Shown: positions 26,679 to 36,138 of the stretch, in pieces | Position numbering within the stretch: position 1 is the first letter of the stretch | Layout of the letters: each line of letters begins with the position of its first letter | Virus record (IMG/VR): IMGVR_UViG_3300024182_000006 | Span: 1 to 63,710 of that record | Length of the DNA stretch: 63,710 nucleotides | DNA from: a virus | Taxonomy: Duplodnaviria > Caudoviricetes | Strand: one strand, 5' to 3' | Made by a program: the position numbers and the translations under genes | Notes under the pieces: model-generated | What the model saw: the letters and a program-made list of their open reading frames with translations, nothing else | Told to the model about the DNA's origin: nothing | The model's database searches: none

Positions 26679-27553
26679 GCACAAACACGGTGCACATGGA
26701 GGTCATCATCCCCTCGTGGGGCGCCGAACGCGTGGCAAACGCCCTGGAGTCGATGCAAGAGGGAGCAGAGGTGGGGGCAGTAATGCAGAATGCCACTGGC
26801 CAGCCACTATGTGTGAGTTACACCATCGTGTGCCCCGACGTGACCGAAAGTGCTCTGTTAGATGAGGGCAGTCCCATACGGGGGCGCTCTCACCTGCGGT
26901 TCACCATGGAGTCCACCGAAGGCCCGGTGCTCCCTGTAACCGCCATGCACTGCGGCTCAACAGGGGTCAATGGGGGTCTGCCTGATCTTCTCGCCTTTCT
27001 CCACGACGATGTGACGATCGAGCAGACCTTCTGGGCTGGAGATGTCTTCCGCCACTTCGATACCAACTCGCGCTGTGGTCTCGCCGGTTTCGGTGGGGGT
27101 CTGGGCTTCGCCGATCGCGACATCTACAAGACGCCCTATCGCCTCCAGCAGCTCCCGCGTCACGACTTCATCTCGAACATGCGTGAGGCCGAGTCGCACG
27201 GTCGTCGTGTCACAGTGCCCACGCGCGTAGCCGCCCTCGACGGGTTCTCTCTCATCATCCGACGCGAGCTCTACGAGCAGTGCGGCGGCTGGGAACAATG
27301 TTTGAAGGACGGTATCCCTTTCCATATGTATGACGCTTGGATCTCGTGCATGGCGGCGAGGTACGATTGGGAGACGTGGATGCTGCCCATCGCCTGCCAC
27401 CATGCCGGGGGCTCAACATCGGTGCTCATGGCCGAGCAATACGAGCGCTGCGTAAAGGAACTGGGGTATCGCGACGGGCAGGAGTTGTACGATGATGCTC
27501 ATCGGCGGATTTATGATCTCTTTCGGGATGTGCTGCCAATTCTGTCTTCGTAA
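26675..27553 (+). CDS. GT-A glycosyltransferase, family 2-like
   Basis: VIIPS, LLAFLHDDV, LDGFSLIIRR, FHMYDAWIS, CHHAGG. Confidence 0.85.
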   Translation: MSTNTVHMEVIIPSWGAERVANALESMQEGAEVGAVMQNATGQPLCVSYTIVCPDVTESALLDEGSPIRGRSHLRFTMESTEGPVLPVTAMHCGSTGVNGGLPDLLAFLHDDVTIEQTFWAGDVFRHFDTNSRCGLAGFGGGLGFADRDIYKTPYRLQQLPRHDFISNMREAESHGRRVTVPTRVAALDGFSLIIRRELYEQCGGWEQCLKDGIPFHMYDAWISCMAARYDWETWMLPIACHHAGGSTSVLMAEQYERCVKELGYRDGQELYDDAHRRIYDLFRDVLPILSS

Positions 27554-27567
27554 AAGAGGAGGATCTA

Positions 27568-27777
27568 ATGTGGCAGTGTGATGGAGAGCAGAGAGATGGC
27601 GAGGGCAGAAGAAAGCTGTGCCCGGAACCAGCCAGGTACAGGACTATCCAGGCGCGCCTACTTGGCGCGGATGGAGGGCGGCCTTGGAGATATTGCAGCC
27701 GTTGCCTTCTCTACGCTATCGATGAAAACGAGAAGATCAGGCCGAATTCCTGGCTCGTAGAACCCATAGCAATGTGA
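27568..27777 (+). CDS. Small Zn-binding protein
   Basis: GAGGAGG RBS; C...C...CSRC. Confidence 0.55.
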   Translation: MWQCDGEQRDGEGRRKLCPEPARYRTIQARLLGADGGRPWRYCSRCLLYAIDENEKIRPNSWLVEPIAM

Positions 27778-28031
27778 AAGGACGCACGATGAAATGCTCT
27801 GGCTTGATTTCCCAAATGAATGCCGACGGGGTCGACGTGCAAAGAGAGTGCGATGGCGTCCCAGAATTCCGGGTCGAATACAGCTCGGAGCTGGGCAAGC
27901 CGTGGAAGCCATGGATCGAGGTCTGCCGCCAGTGCCTGCCTCGTGCGTGCAACATACGCGAATCGTATCAGGATAAGACGTGCCTGGTGACTCCACTCGC
28001 CCCCATCATTCTGCCGGCAGCAAAGGGGTAA
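27774..28031 (+). CDS. Small Zn-binding protein
   Basis: C...C...CRQC; similar layout to the preceding gene. Confidence 0.55.
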   Translation: MKGRTMKCSGLISQMNADGVDVQRECDGVPEFRVEYSSELGKPWKPWIEVCRQCLPRACNIRESYQDKTCLVTPLAPIILPAAKG

Positions 28032-28035
28032 TACC

Positions 28036-28383
28036 ATGTGGTATATCGTGTTGCTCATTGTCGTATCGAATTACATCTCACAATTGCGTATCAATGCTGT
28101 ATCACAAAAGCTAGACGAAAAGGAGAAGCGAATTATGGCCACTATCGACGAAGTCAAGCAGCATGTGAAAGCTCTCGGAGACGCGATCGACGATCTCAAG
28201 GCACGTGTCACAACGGACGTCGCCACTCTTAAAGCGAAGATCGATGAGCTCCAGAAGCAGATCGACAATGGGGGTGTTGTCACCTCCGAGCAGCTCGACG
28301 CTCTCGACACGCAGGTCGACGGGCTCAAGGCGGGAGTCGACGCGATCGACGCACCTCCAGCCCCCCCGTCGCTGGGACAGTAA
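28036..28383 (+). CDS. N-terminal TM plus coiled-coil protein
   Basis: MWYIVLLIVV then heptad repeats; alternative internal start MATIDE with its own AGGAG RBS. Confidence 0.65.
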   Translation: MWYIVLLIVVSNYISQLRINAVSQKLDEKEKRIMATIDEVKQHVKALGDAIDDLKARVTTDVATLKAKIDELQKQIDNGGVVTSEQLDALDTQVDGLKAGVDAIDAPPAPPSLGQ

Positions 28384-28400
28384 TAGCTGCGCATAGTGCC

Positions 28401-28436
28401 AAGGCCTCGGGACTCGTGTCGGTCTCGGGGCCTTTT
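28401..28436 (+). terminator. Rho-independent terminator
   Basis: aaggcctcgggac / gtctcggggcctt followed by T residues. Confidence 0.6.
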
Positions 28437-28612
28437 CCATAAGAGAGGGGAGCGATTGGGAGGGCTTTATCAGAGAGTGACATGCCGCGTGTGCAGGGCT
28501 GCCTACTACATATCTTCTGCTGTTGTGGAAGATCCGATGTGGAACTTCCTAGGCGGAACGGGTTGGGCGCTCCGGTTGAAGTGTGAGAATTGTAAAAAGA
28601 GGGAGGAAGCAA

Positions 28613-28939
28613 GTGGCAAAGCAGAAGTCGAGGAAAAGCGATGAGTTGATCAAGTTCGCAGTGCAGTATCTGAGCTCCAAGGTGGAACTAGACCCACGCT
28701 CGCCACAAGCGGGGAGAGCGCAAGAAGGGATGGTTATCGTATTCGTCTTCGCGAAGAGCGCAGAGGACGCCATTCTGCAAGTGCGGGATGTGATCGATGA
28801 GAACAGCGAGTTCCCGATCATCCGAATCGTGGCAGTGCAACCGACGCAGGAGTACTTCGGGCAGTACATATTACCGGAGTGCGAGAAGTGTGGCAGCGGA
28901 GAAGTACCCGACAATGTAACGAGTCTTCTGGAGCACTGA
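28613..28939 (+). CDS. Hypothetical protein
   Basis: GGAGG RBS, GTG start. Confidence 0.55.
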   Translation: MAKQKSRKSDELIKFAVQYLSSKVELDPRSPQAGRAQEGMVIVFVFAKSAEDAILQVRDVIDENSEFPIIRIVAVQPTQEYFGQYILPECEKCGSGEVPDNVTSLLEH

Positions 28940-29010
28940 TCATGCTCGTTGCCCAATTCACTAGTCGTTTCAAACCGCTGTTCAAACCAACCATAATAGG
29001 AGTCACTCCG

Positions 29011-29604
29011 ATGCCCGACAACGCGCCAACGCCCACAGCCACTTCCAACACCAATATCCTCTCAGGCTTTCTCACCTCATTCGGTACATTCAACGACTTC
29101 GCCCGGTACCTGATCCGCGTAGCCGAGAACACCCTCGGCAAAGGGAACGGGTCGCAGAAGCAGCAACTAGTCAAGCAGGGCCTCGTCCTCGCGCTGCAAT
29201 TCGCCGAGGTCTCGACAAAGAACCCTCTGCTCGACATCCTCATCGAGTCGCTCATCAACGCTCTGGTCGACTCGATGAAGCAGACAGGCGAGCTCCCCGG
29301 ATTACCAACCACCGCCGCTGGTGCCTCCTCTCCATCTCCATCCCCATCTCCAATGAGAGGCGCCTCTCCGATGAAAGACGCCGAGGCGGCCTTCAACGAC
29401 TCTCCTCGGGAGTCAGTCCCAGCTGTCTATGCGGCCTCACGCGCTCTTCCCTTTCCCCCAGACGATTCTCTTCGTAGCGCGGGATTCAAGGAGGGAGATG
29501 TGGTCATGCGCAGCGTGAGCGGCACTTCATGGCTCGTCATGCCCTCGGAGACCTCCCGCTCGGACTACCCGTCTCTCTACACCGTCGACCATGTCATCAC
29601 GTAG
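29011..29604 (+). CDS. LL-H-holin-like protein with C-terminal extension
   Basis: IRVAENTLGKGNGSQKQQLV...LDILIESLINALVDSMK resembles the LL-H holin core; AGGAG RBS. Confidence 0.5.
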   Translation: MPDNAPTPTATSNTNILSGFLTSFGTFNDFARYLIRVAENTLGKGNGSQKQQLVKQGLVLALQFAEVSTKNPLLDILIESLINALVDSMKQTGELPGLPTTAAGASSPSPSPSPMRGASPMKDAEAAFNDSPRESVPAVYAASRALPFPPDDSLRSAGFKEGDVVMRSVSGTSWLVMPSETSRSDYPSLYTVDHVIT

Positions 29605-29685
29605 ATCAGGCATTGTGATCCAGGTGGCGGTGATGCTCGCGATCTACGTCATCACCGTCATCGCGATCAGCTGGAGGTGCGACGA

Positions 29686-30012
29686 ATGCCCGAGATGACC
29701 GAAGCCGATGACCGCGAGAAGTCGTTCACGGATCTGGTGCAACACGTAACCGAACGCTCCCCCGAGTCTGCTGAGGGCGTGGATCTGGGACGGGATCTGC
29801 TCATCATCTGCCCCGATTGCGACCGACAGGTGGCGTTCCGAGGCAAGTGCCCCAAGTGCGGTGGGGCGAGCTGGATCGAGGCGGGGCATTGGGCCACACT
29901 CGAGGCGGTGGGTAGAGCCGCGAGGGTACAGAGGGAGCGGCGCCGTGCCGCAACCCGAAGGCTCGAACAACTGCGCATTGTCGCGCACTGGGAGAGAGGA
30001 ACAATCAAATGA
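29686..30012 (+). CDS. Zn-ribbon protein
   Basis: CPDC...CPKCGG; GGAGG RBS. Confidence 0.6.
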   Translation: MPEMTEADDREKSFTDLVQHVTERSPESAEGVDLGRDLLIICPDCDRQVAFRGKCPKCGGASWIEAGHWATLEAVGRAARVQRERRRAATRRLEQLRIVAHWERGTIK

Positions 30013-30755
30013 CAAATTGGATCATGACTGTGGCGCACAACAATCAACCGCTGCTTGCGCAAGCGGTGGACTCGTTCCTCTATCAGGACGTGCCCAGTGT
30101 ACGCGTGCTCATCATCAACAACGGGTCGACAGATGGAACGGTGGACTGGATTCACTCGATCAATAAGCTCACCGATGGGCAAGTCACCTCGATGGATTTC
30201 TACCCGCAGAAGGGGGTGGCCCACGCGTGGAACGCTGGCTTGCGCTGGCTTCGCTATCTCGATGCTCGGCAAGTGCTCGTCTGCAACCAAGACGTGTGGC
30301 TTCGCCCCGACACCTACCGCCTTCTCAAAGAGCGCGATGGGTATTTCGTCACCGCGATTGGCAAGGACTCGTATGAGGACGTGGTGAACGCGACGCCCCA
30401 CCCGGAGAACACCCGACCGCATCCGGACTTCTCCTGCTTCATGATCTCCCGTAGCTGCTTCGACGAGGTCGGCCCATTCGATGAGAAGTTTCTCGGAGCC
30501 TATGCCGAAGATAGCGATTATCACTGCCGAATGCATAAGGCGGGGGTGGAGGCGGTGGCGATTGACCTCCCCTTCTACCACGTGGGTGGGGGAGCACAGA
30601 CGATCAAGTACGCGTTGCCAGAGGCAGCTGAGCAGATCGGCAAGCAGGCAAACGAGAACCGCCAACGTTTCCTCGAGAAGTGGGGGTTCGAGGTAGGGAG
30701 CCCCGAGTACTACGCGTTCTTCAAACAGCCAGTGCTGGCGGGGTTTGTTGAATGA
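30009..30755 (+). CDS. GT-A glycosyltransferase, family 2
   Basis: LIINNGSTDGT, GVAHAWNAGL, VCNQDV, FDEKF..YAEDSDY, YHVGG. Confidence 0.88.
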   Translation: MTNWIMTVAHNNQPLLAQAVDSFLYQDVPSVRVLIINNGSTDGTVDWIHSINKLTDGQVTSMDFYPQKGVAHAWNAGLRWLRYLDARQVLVCNQDVWLRPDTYRLLKERDGYFVTAIGKDSYEDVVNATPHPENTRPHPDFSCFMISRSCFDEVGPFDEKFLGAYAEDSDYHCRMHKAGVEAVAIDLPFYHVGGGAQTIKYALPEAAEQIGKQANENRQRFLEKWGFEVGSPEYYAFFKQPVLAGFVE

Positions 30756-31267
30756 ATCCAGATCGCTACATCATCCGCCCCGCCCAATTCGAGGATTACC
30801 GCGGCATCGCCTCGCTAGAGAAGGAATGCATCCCCGCTCCGTTCAACATGGATCTGCACCAGATCGGCTACGAGATCGCGCTACCCAACCGCTTCGCTCT
30901 GGTAGCCGTCCCCGAGACACGTGTCAATGGGCAGGTTGTCGGTTACCTCTTCTCAGCTCTCCCCTCGCCACGTGCCCCCTGGATCGGCTTGCGTGTTTAT
31001 CGTCTGGGAGTCACAGAGCTGTGGAGACGCCGAGGGATCGGCCGCGACCTGCTCCACCATGCCTACCGCGCGGCGATCGACGTGGGAGGGGACACGATCC
31101 ATCTGGAAGAGGTAAGGGAGATCAACGCAGCAGCTCTGGCGCTCTACCGATCAGAGGGGTTCGAGACAGTGCTCGAGCGCGATCGGGATCGCAACGGGAC
31201 ACTGGGGAAGGTCTACGCGATGGAGAAGAAGCTCATCGTAGACCCGGGCCATAAAGGATGGCCATAG
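30752..31267 (+). CDS. GNAT (RimI-like) N-acetyltransferase
   Basis: LGVTELWRRRGIGRDLL, LEEVREINAAALALYRSEGF. Confidence 0.85.
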   Translation: MNPDRYIIRPAQFEDYRGIASLEKECIPAPFNMDLHQIGYEIALPNRFALVAVPETRVNGQVVGYLFSALPSPRAPWIGLRVYRLGVTELWRRRGIGRDLLHHAYRAAIDVGGDTIHLEEVREINAAALALYRSEGFETVLERDRDRNGTLGKVYAMEKKLIVDPGHKGWP

Positions 31268-31395
31268 CTCTAAGAAGGGCGGGAAGAGTAAGGAGAAACG
31301 GGAACGTAGGGCACGCCCACACTCACCCTCTACCCCACCCGCCGCCCCACCCTGACGTGCCCATGGGCAGCGTACCATGGGCATCGTCTCGGCCG

Positions 31396-31806
31396 TTAGG
31401 ATTTCCGGATGGGGATCTGATCCATGGGCTTGTTCTCGTAGCTACCGCTGAGCATTCGCTGCACGCCTGCGTGCATGAAGATCCCCTGGAGCGACTCCAC
31501 GTTCTTCTGGAGAGTCTCCACGCCCTTACGTAAGGCTGCCACCGTCTCGTTGTCCGGGAGCTCCTCGAACACAACTGCTCGCGCCACGCCGTCCATCTTG
31601 GCCTCGATTCTGTCGTGGGAGATTACGATCTCCACGACCCGGTCTCGGAACTTGTCGCTCTCGGTGACCGTCGAGACCAATCGGAGCTCATTCCGATCTG
31701 ACCGATCATTCCAACTTCGCCAGATCGAGAACGCCGTTCCGATTGCCGCCAGGACCGAAAAAGCGAATCCGAATATAGACATGAGTTGTCCAGACATGGC
31801 GCCCAC
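31396..31806 (-). CDS. Small membrane protein (holin/antiholin-like position)
   Basis: One N-terminal TM segment (SIFGFAFSVLAAIGTAFSIW) plus coiled tail; last gene of the late arm. Confidence 0.6.
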   Translation of the reverse strand: MGAMSGQLMSIFGFAFSVLAAIGTAFSIWRSWNDRSDRNELRLVSTVTESDKFRDRVVEIVISHDRIEAKMDGVARAVVFEELPDNETVAALRKGVETLQKNVESLQGIFMHAGVQRMLSGSYENKPMDQIPIRKS

Positions 31807-31979
31807 CGCCCTTCCGTGAGATCAACCTCTCTGGAGTTCATCATGTCAAATCCCCACACGACTCTGCAATACATCCGGACACAATCGCCCGGATTATTTG
31901 CAACTCACCCTTGATTGTGCCTGATTCGTGCCCACCGATCTTGCTACGATGGGCGATTGCAGGTGACGAGCCAATTGCT

Positions 31980-34253
31980 CTATGGTGTGGTAGGAGGCCC
32001 TGACGTTTCGCCGCGCACAGCCGCACTGGACGAGCCAGTAGCGCTGGGGGCGCCAGAGGGACTGGTGGGTTTCTGCTTCGCTGTCCGTGCATTCTCGCCC
32101 GCATTCGCCTTCAACAGGCGACTCATTTCAGCGGTCGCCTGCATCACGTTACCACCGTACTTCGCGAGAATGTTCCGGAAGGCCATAACCCCTTCCGGGG
32201 AAGTGAGGATCTTGGCGAGAAGCATCGTTCCAGCAGCCCCTCCGGCAGTAGCCAGAGCTGTGGGCAACGAGTGGAGGAATGTTGCACTCATCAGGCTGGT
32301 AGTGGCCCCGAAGTTGAGGGGGCTGAGCACACTTGTCTTGAGCCCACCAGGAGCTTTGATCGATCGTGCTTCATCGCGCAAGTTGTAGAGCTCTTTCACC
32401 GTCGGTTCGGAGAGGATCTCCGAGAGACGCCCATCCCGCGAGAGCTTGTCCAGACTCACGCTGAACCGCTTGGCGTCGAACGTCCCATCCTTGGCGGTTG
32501 CGTCATCCACCAGGTTCTGGACCACCTTCCCTGCCATCGCATCGAAGGTGTCTTGCCCCACGTGCTGCTTGATCATGCGAATGTCGTCCAGATCTGTCCC
32601 GCTCGCCGTGAGCACCTTGTACGCTTTCTCAGGGCTCGCGTCCTCGAGCGCCCCAACCACGCTCTCGTTGAACGTTTGCTTGTTCTCGCGGGTGAGCTGG
32701 TTCGCATCGCGCCACTTTTGCAATAGATCTGTGCGCCCCTTACTCGCGAGCGCATCTTCCATCGACTGATCCACAGCACTCGCTAGCTTGCCGTTCACCC
32801 CCGCGCGCATGCCTGGGATGGGCTCGTCGAACTTGCGCGCCGCTTTGAGCAGGAACGACCGGCTCTGCTTGGCACTGTTCCATGGCACTTTGTCATCGAG
32901 CGAGAGAACTTTGTCGAGCTGACCGCGCACAGCGGAGAGATCCGAATCCCCCACAGCGAGATTGGGGTCGTCGTAGCGCTGCTTCAGATCGGCCGCGAGC
33001 TTCTTCCACTCGGTCGTGTCCACCCACACCCCTGAATTGGGATCGGGGACCAGGGCCGTTTTGGATTCGGCCACCTGGCGCATGATCGGTGTCCCGTCCG
33101 ATTGCACAAGGCCAGTCGGCTCGCTACGGTAGCTTGGCACCGTAACTTGCCTCAGCGTAGGGGACGCTTCCTGATCCACGGCGCTGTGCATCTGGTTCGC
33201 TTCCTGATTGAGCTTGACCTTCGCCTCGCCAATCTTCTGGCTGATATGCTCCCCCAGCTGCTCCGGCGTCCCGTTGAAGCCGGAGATCTTCTGCGCGGTG
33301 TCATGAGCCAGATTGAGTACATCCTGCTGCGCCCCTTTGCGGAAGGCGTTGTACACGACCGAGCCAGGGAGGGAGTTCTCCACCACCTTCTCGGCTACAG
33401 CCAGAGGCTTGCTCCCCGTGACCTCTGCCAACGTCTTCCGTACGGGGGATTTTGGGATCACGGTGGGAGCTGTGTCGGGGGTGATCCGATCGAGCAGCGG
33501 TCCTGCTGCGAATGGGGCGAGTAGGCCCGTAGCACGTCCCGCGGCACGGGGCGTGTCTGTCCCCGCGAGCTCCCCAGCATCGGCCGCTGCGGGGCCCACA
33601 ACTGGTACGATCGAGGCAAGCGAGTGCCCGGTAGCTCGAGAGAATGCGCCGGGAGGAAGGGGCTCGCCACGTGGCCCCACGACCTCGGTCGTGCCATCGG
33701 GGTTCTGCCGGACATAACTCCCGCCGGGGAGAGCCTCCCGCGCCTGGTCTGCTTGATCGATCATCTGCTCCGGCGCGTGCTGGAGAAGGGGAACGATCAT
33801 CCCACCAGCAGGCCCGAGTGCCGCTTGTGCTCCCCGAGCGAACGCCTCGGCCCCATGCCCTTCCTTTGCGGCCTGCCACGCACGCTGGGCCTGCTCCACC
33901 GGGTCGAATTGCTTGGCAGTCTCCTGAGCCTGCGCATTGGAGCCCACTCCAAGTGACTCCCCCACACCCCGGGCGAAACGCGAAGCACTATCCGTCCAGC
34001 TCGTGGAGGGAGGCTCGTTTGCAACATCCACAGGGGGGCGACTTACCATCCCCGTCTGGGGATCGCGTCGGATCACCACTCCCCGCTGTTTGAGACGCGA
34101 GGCAGCTTGCTCCGCAATGGAGAGGGGAGCCGCTGCTTTTGGGGGGCCATTAGCAGCGTCATGGGCGTTGACGATCTGGTCCATCTCCGCCTGGGTCGCA
34201 TCGTCAGGGAAGGAGAGGACCGTGCCGTCTGGCAATCGTGCGTGTTTGGCCAT
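31980..34253 (-). CDS. Internal virion / DNA ejection protein
   Basis: N-terminal LPDGTVLSFPDDATQAEM, Ala/Gly-rich and helical; last of three large genes after the nozzle, as in podoviruses. Confidence 0.65.
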   Translation of the reverse strand: MAKHARLPDGTVLSFPDDATQAEMDQIVNAHDAANGPPKAAAPLSIAEQAASRLKQRGVVIRRDPQTGMVSRPPVDVANEPPSTSWTDSASRFARGVGESLGVGSNAQAQETAKQFDPVEQAQRAWQAAKEGHGAEAFARGAQAALGPAGGMIVPLLQHAPEQMIDQADQAREALPGGSYVRQNPDGTTEVVGPRGEPLPPGAFSRATGHSLASIVPVVGPAAADAGELAGTDTPRAAGRATGLLAPFAAGPLLDRITPDTAPTVIPKSPVRKTLAEVTGSKPLAVAEKVVENSLPGSVVYNAFRKGAQQDVLNLAHDTAQKISGFNGTPEQLGEHISQKIGEAKVKLNQEANQMHSAVDQEASPTLRQVTVPSYRSEPTGLVQSDGTPIMRQVAESKTALVPDPNSGVWVDTTEWKKLAADLKQRYDDPNLAVGDSDLSAVRGQLDKVLSLDDKVPWNSAKQSRSFLLKAARKFDEPIPGMRAGVNGKLASAVDQSMEDALASKGRTDLLQKWRDANQLTRENKQTFNESVVGALEDASPEKAYKVLTASGTDLDDIRMIKQHVGQDTFDAMAGKVVQNLVDDATAKDGTFDAKRFSVSLDKLSRDGRLSEILSEPTVKELYNLRDEARSIKAPGGLKTSVLSPLNFGATTSLMSATFLHSLPTALATAGGAAGTMLLAKILTSPEGVMAFRNILAKYGGNVMQATAEMSRLLKANAGENARTAKQKPTSPSGAPSATGSSSAAVRGETSGPPTTP

Positions 34254-34275
34254 ATTGCCCTTCTACAGTTACCAG

Positions 34276-36129
34276 TTACGGCTGGGTCTGGGCCACGAGC
34301 TTCCCGTTGGCCCCCCGAACATAAACGACTTCCTTGCCGCCCCCACCACCCCCACCAGATCGACCCTGACTCTGCGAGCCCGGTCGGGTTGTGCGCGAGG
34401 AGATCGGTGTCTGCGGCGGTCCTCCCGACGAGGGCGGAAGCTGATTCGTATTGGATGACGGGGGAGTACCCTCCTCCCATCCGGTGGGGGTCATGTGGCC
34501 CGACACCGCCCCCGTCTTGTTGCCGAACTGTACCGCCCCTCGTTCCGCTTGGACGAGCTGATCGCGGATGTTGACGAGTTTTTGATGGATCAGCATCGGG
34601 CTGTCTGTCTTGGTCTTGGCTGCGTGAATCAGCCCCTCTTCGAACACGCGGATGTTGCGGCTCATCCCCTTGGTGACTGAGGCAACGGATTGGAGCTTGG
34701 CCAGTTCCAGAGCCGAGATCTCCTTGCCGATATCGTCCGACGAGCCGAAACCAATGTCGTACTTCATCCGCTCGGCGAGGAGGTAGTAGGGTTGGTTGAT
34801 GTTCTTGTAAGGCTCGAACGAGTCGATGAGCTGGTTGATGCGCTTCAGACGCGGGTCGAGCTCGGCCATGGACTTCTGCGCGGGGCCGCTGAGTAGATGA
34901 CCGTCCCCGTTGAGGAGGTTGTCGGGGTACTTCTTGAGACTCACAATCTCATCGTTCATCACCTTGCGCGCGTAGGTGTTGGCGTTCTGCTGGGCAATAC
35001 CGACCCGTGCCCAGGCGTCAGGGGTGCCGTGCGCGTAGGCCTCAGCTTTGAGCCGCGCGATATCGTTCTTGTTCTGCGCGATCTGCACCCGCGCCGCGTT
35101 GAGATTGTGTTGCTCTTGCAGCTTGGGGGGCAACTCCTCAAATCGCATGTTTCGGTAGCCGAACGGATCTGCGTCGGGAGCGCCCGGATCGTACTGCTTG
35201 CCGAGTCCGGCCATCTTCGCCGGGTCGATGAGGAGCTTCCCGTTCGACCCCATCCCGTACTGGCGCTCGAGAGCGAGCTTGGTGGAGAGACTCCGAGCGT
35301 CCATCTCCTGCTTGAGCTCTGCCTCGGCACGGGCTGCGTGCATATGGCGCGCGGCAGTCTCCTCGGGGGACTCGAATGCGCCGCCAAGATGTGGAGGCAT
35401 AGTCGGTGGTGTGGCTGGAGCCGTGGGAGGAGCGCCCGGCTGTGGCGTCGACGGGGGGAGCGGCGTTGTCGGAGGAGCCGAGGCCAGTAAGGGGGAAGGC
35501 GCTGGGAGGCTCCGATCAGGAGTGGGGAGTGCTCCGGTGGGCGGAGTTCCTCCAGCAGCGGAGATGGGAGCTGTGGCGATGGGGGCCGTGGGGGTAGCAG
35601 GGGGAGCTCCCAGATCGATGTTGGAGACGAGAGGGGAGGGTTGCATATCCCCCGAACTAGCATCCGCTGAAATCGGCGGGGCTGGTGGGGAGTTGGGCGG
35701 CGCGGACGCATCAGCCTGCCCACCGCCACCACTAGCGACGTCACCACTGCCGCCACCAGACAGTGCGTGGTTGAGCAGAGCCGGGAGCACGTGATTCTGC
35801 ACCGCATCTGTCACAGCCCCGCGGACATCTTCATGAGTCGGTGGGGGATTGTCCCCCTGCGAGGGGTGCCGGGTCTCCTCCGGATCGAAGATCCCTGTCT
35901 TTTGTTTGTAGGGCTTACTCGTAGGGGTGGCTGCGAGCTTACCGAGCTCGTCTACGATCTTTTGCTTGACCGAGGCATAGGGAGTGTTCTGGAGGACCAT
36001 CTCCATGTTGGAGGCGATCTGATGTCGGCGGTCCTTCTCGTCCTGGTATTCGCGAAGCTGCTGCTCATGGAGTCTGCTATCGACCCCATGCAGAAAGCCG
36101 GAAACGGAGAATCCTGGTACGCCTGCCAT
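34276..36129 (-). CDS. Internal virion / ejection protein with long Pro-rich tract
   Basis: Synteny; low-complexity Pro/Ala/Thr region. Confidence 0.6.
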   Translation of the reverse strand: MAGVPGFSVSGFLHGVDSRLHEQQLREYQDEKDRRHQIASNMEMVLQNTPYASVKQKIVDELGKLAATPTSKPYKQKTGIFDPEETRHPSQGDNPPPTHEDVRGAVTDAVQNHVLPALLNHALSGGGSGDVASGGGGQADASAPPNSPPAPPISADASSGDMQPSPLVSNIDLGAPPATPTAPIATAPISAAGGTPPTGALPTPDRSLPAPSPLLASAPPTTPLPPSTPQPGAPPTAPATPPTMPPHLGGAFESPEETAARHMHAARAEAELKQEMDARSLSTKLALERQYGMGSNGKLLIDPAKMAGLGKQYDPGAPDADPFGYRNMRFEELPPKLQEQHNLNAARVQIAQNKNDIARLKAEAYAHGTPDAWARVGIAQQNANTYARKVMNDEIVSLKKYPDNLLNGDGHLLSGPAQKSMAELDPRLKRINQLIDSFEPYKNINQPYYLLAERMKYDIGFGSSDDIGKEISALELAKLQSVASVTKGMSRNIRVFEEGLIHAAKTKTDSPMLIHQKLVNIRDQLVQAERGAVQFGNKTGAVSGHMTPTGWEEGTPPSSNTNQLPPSSGGPPQTPISSRTTRPGSQSQGRSGGGGGGGKEVVYVRGANGKLVAQTQP

Positions 36130-36138
36130 TGCACACCC

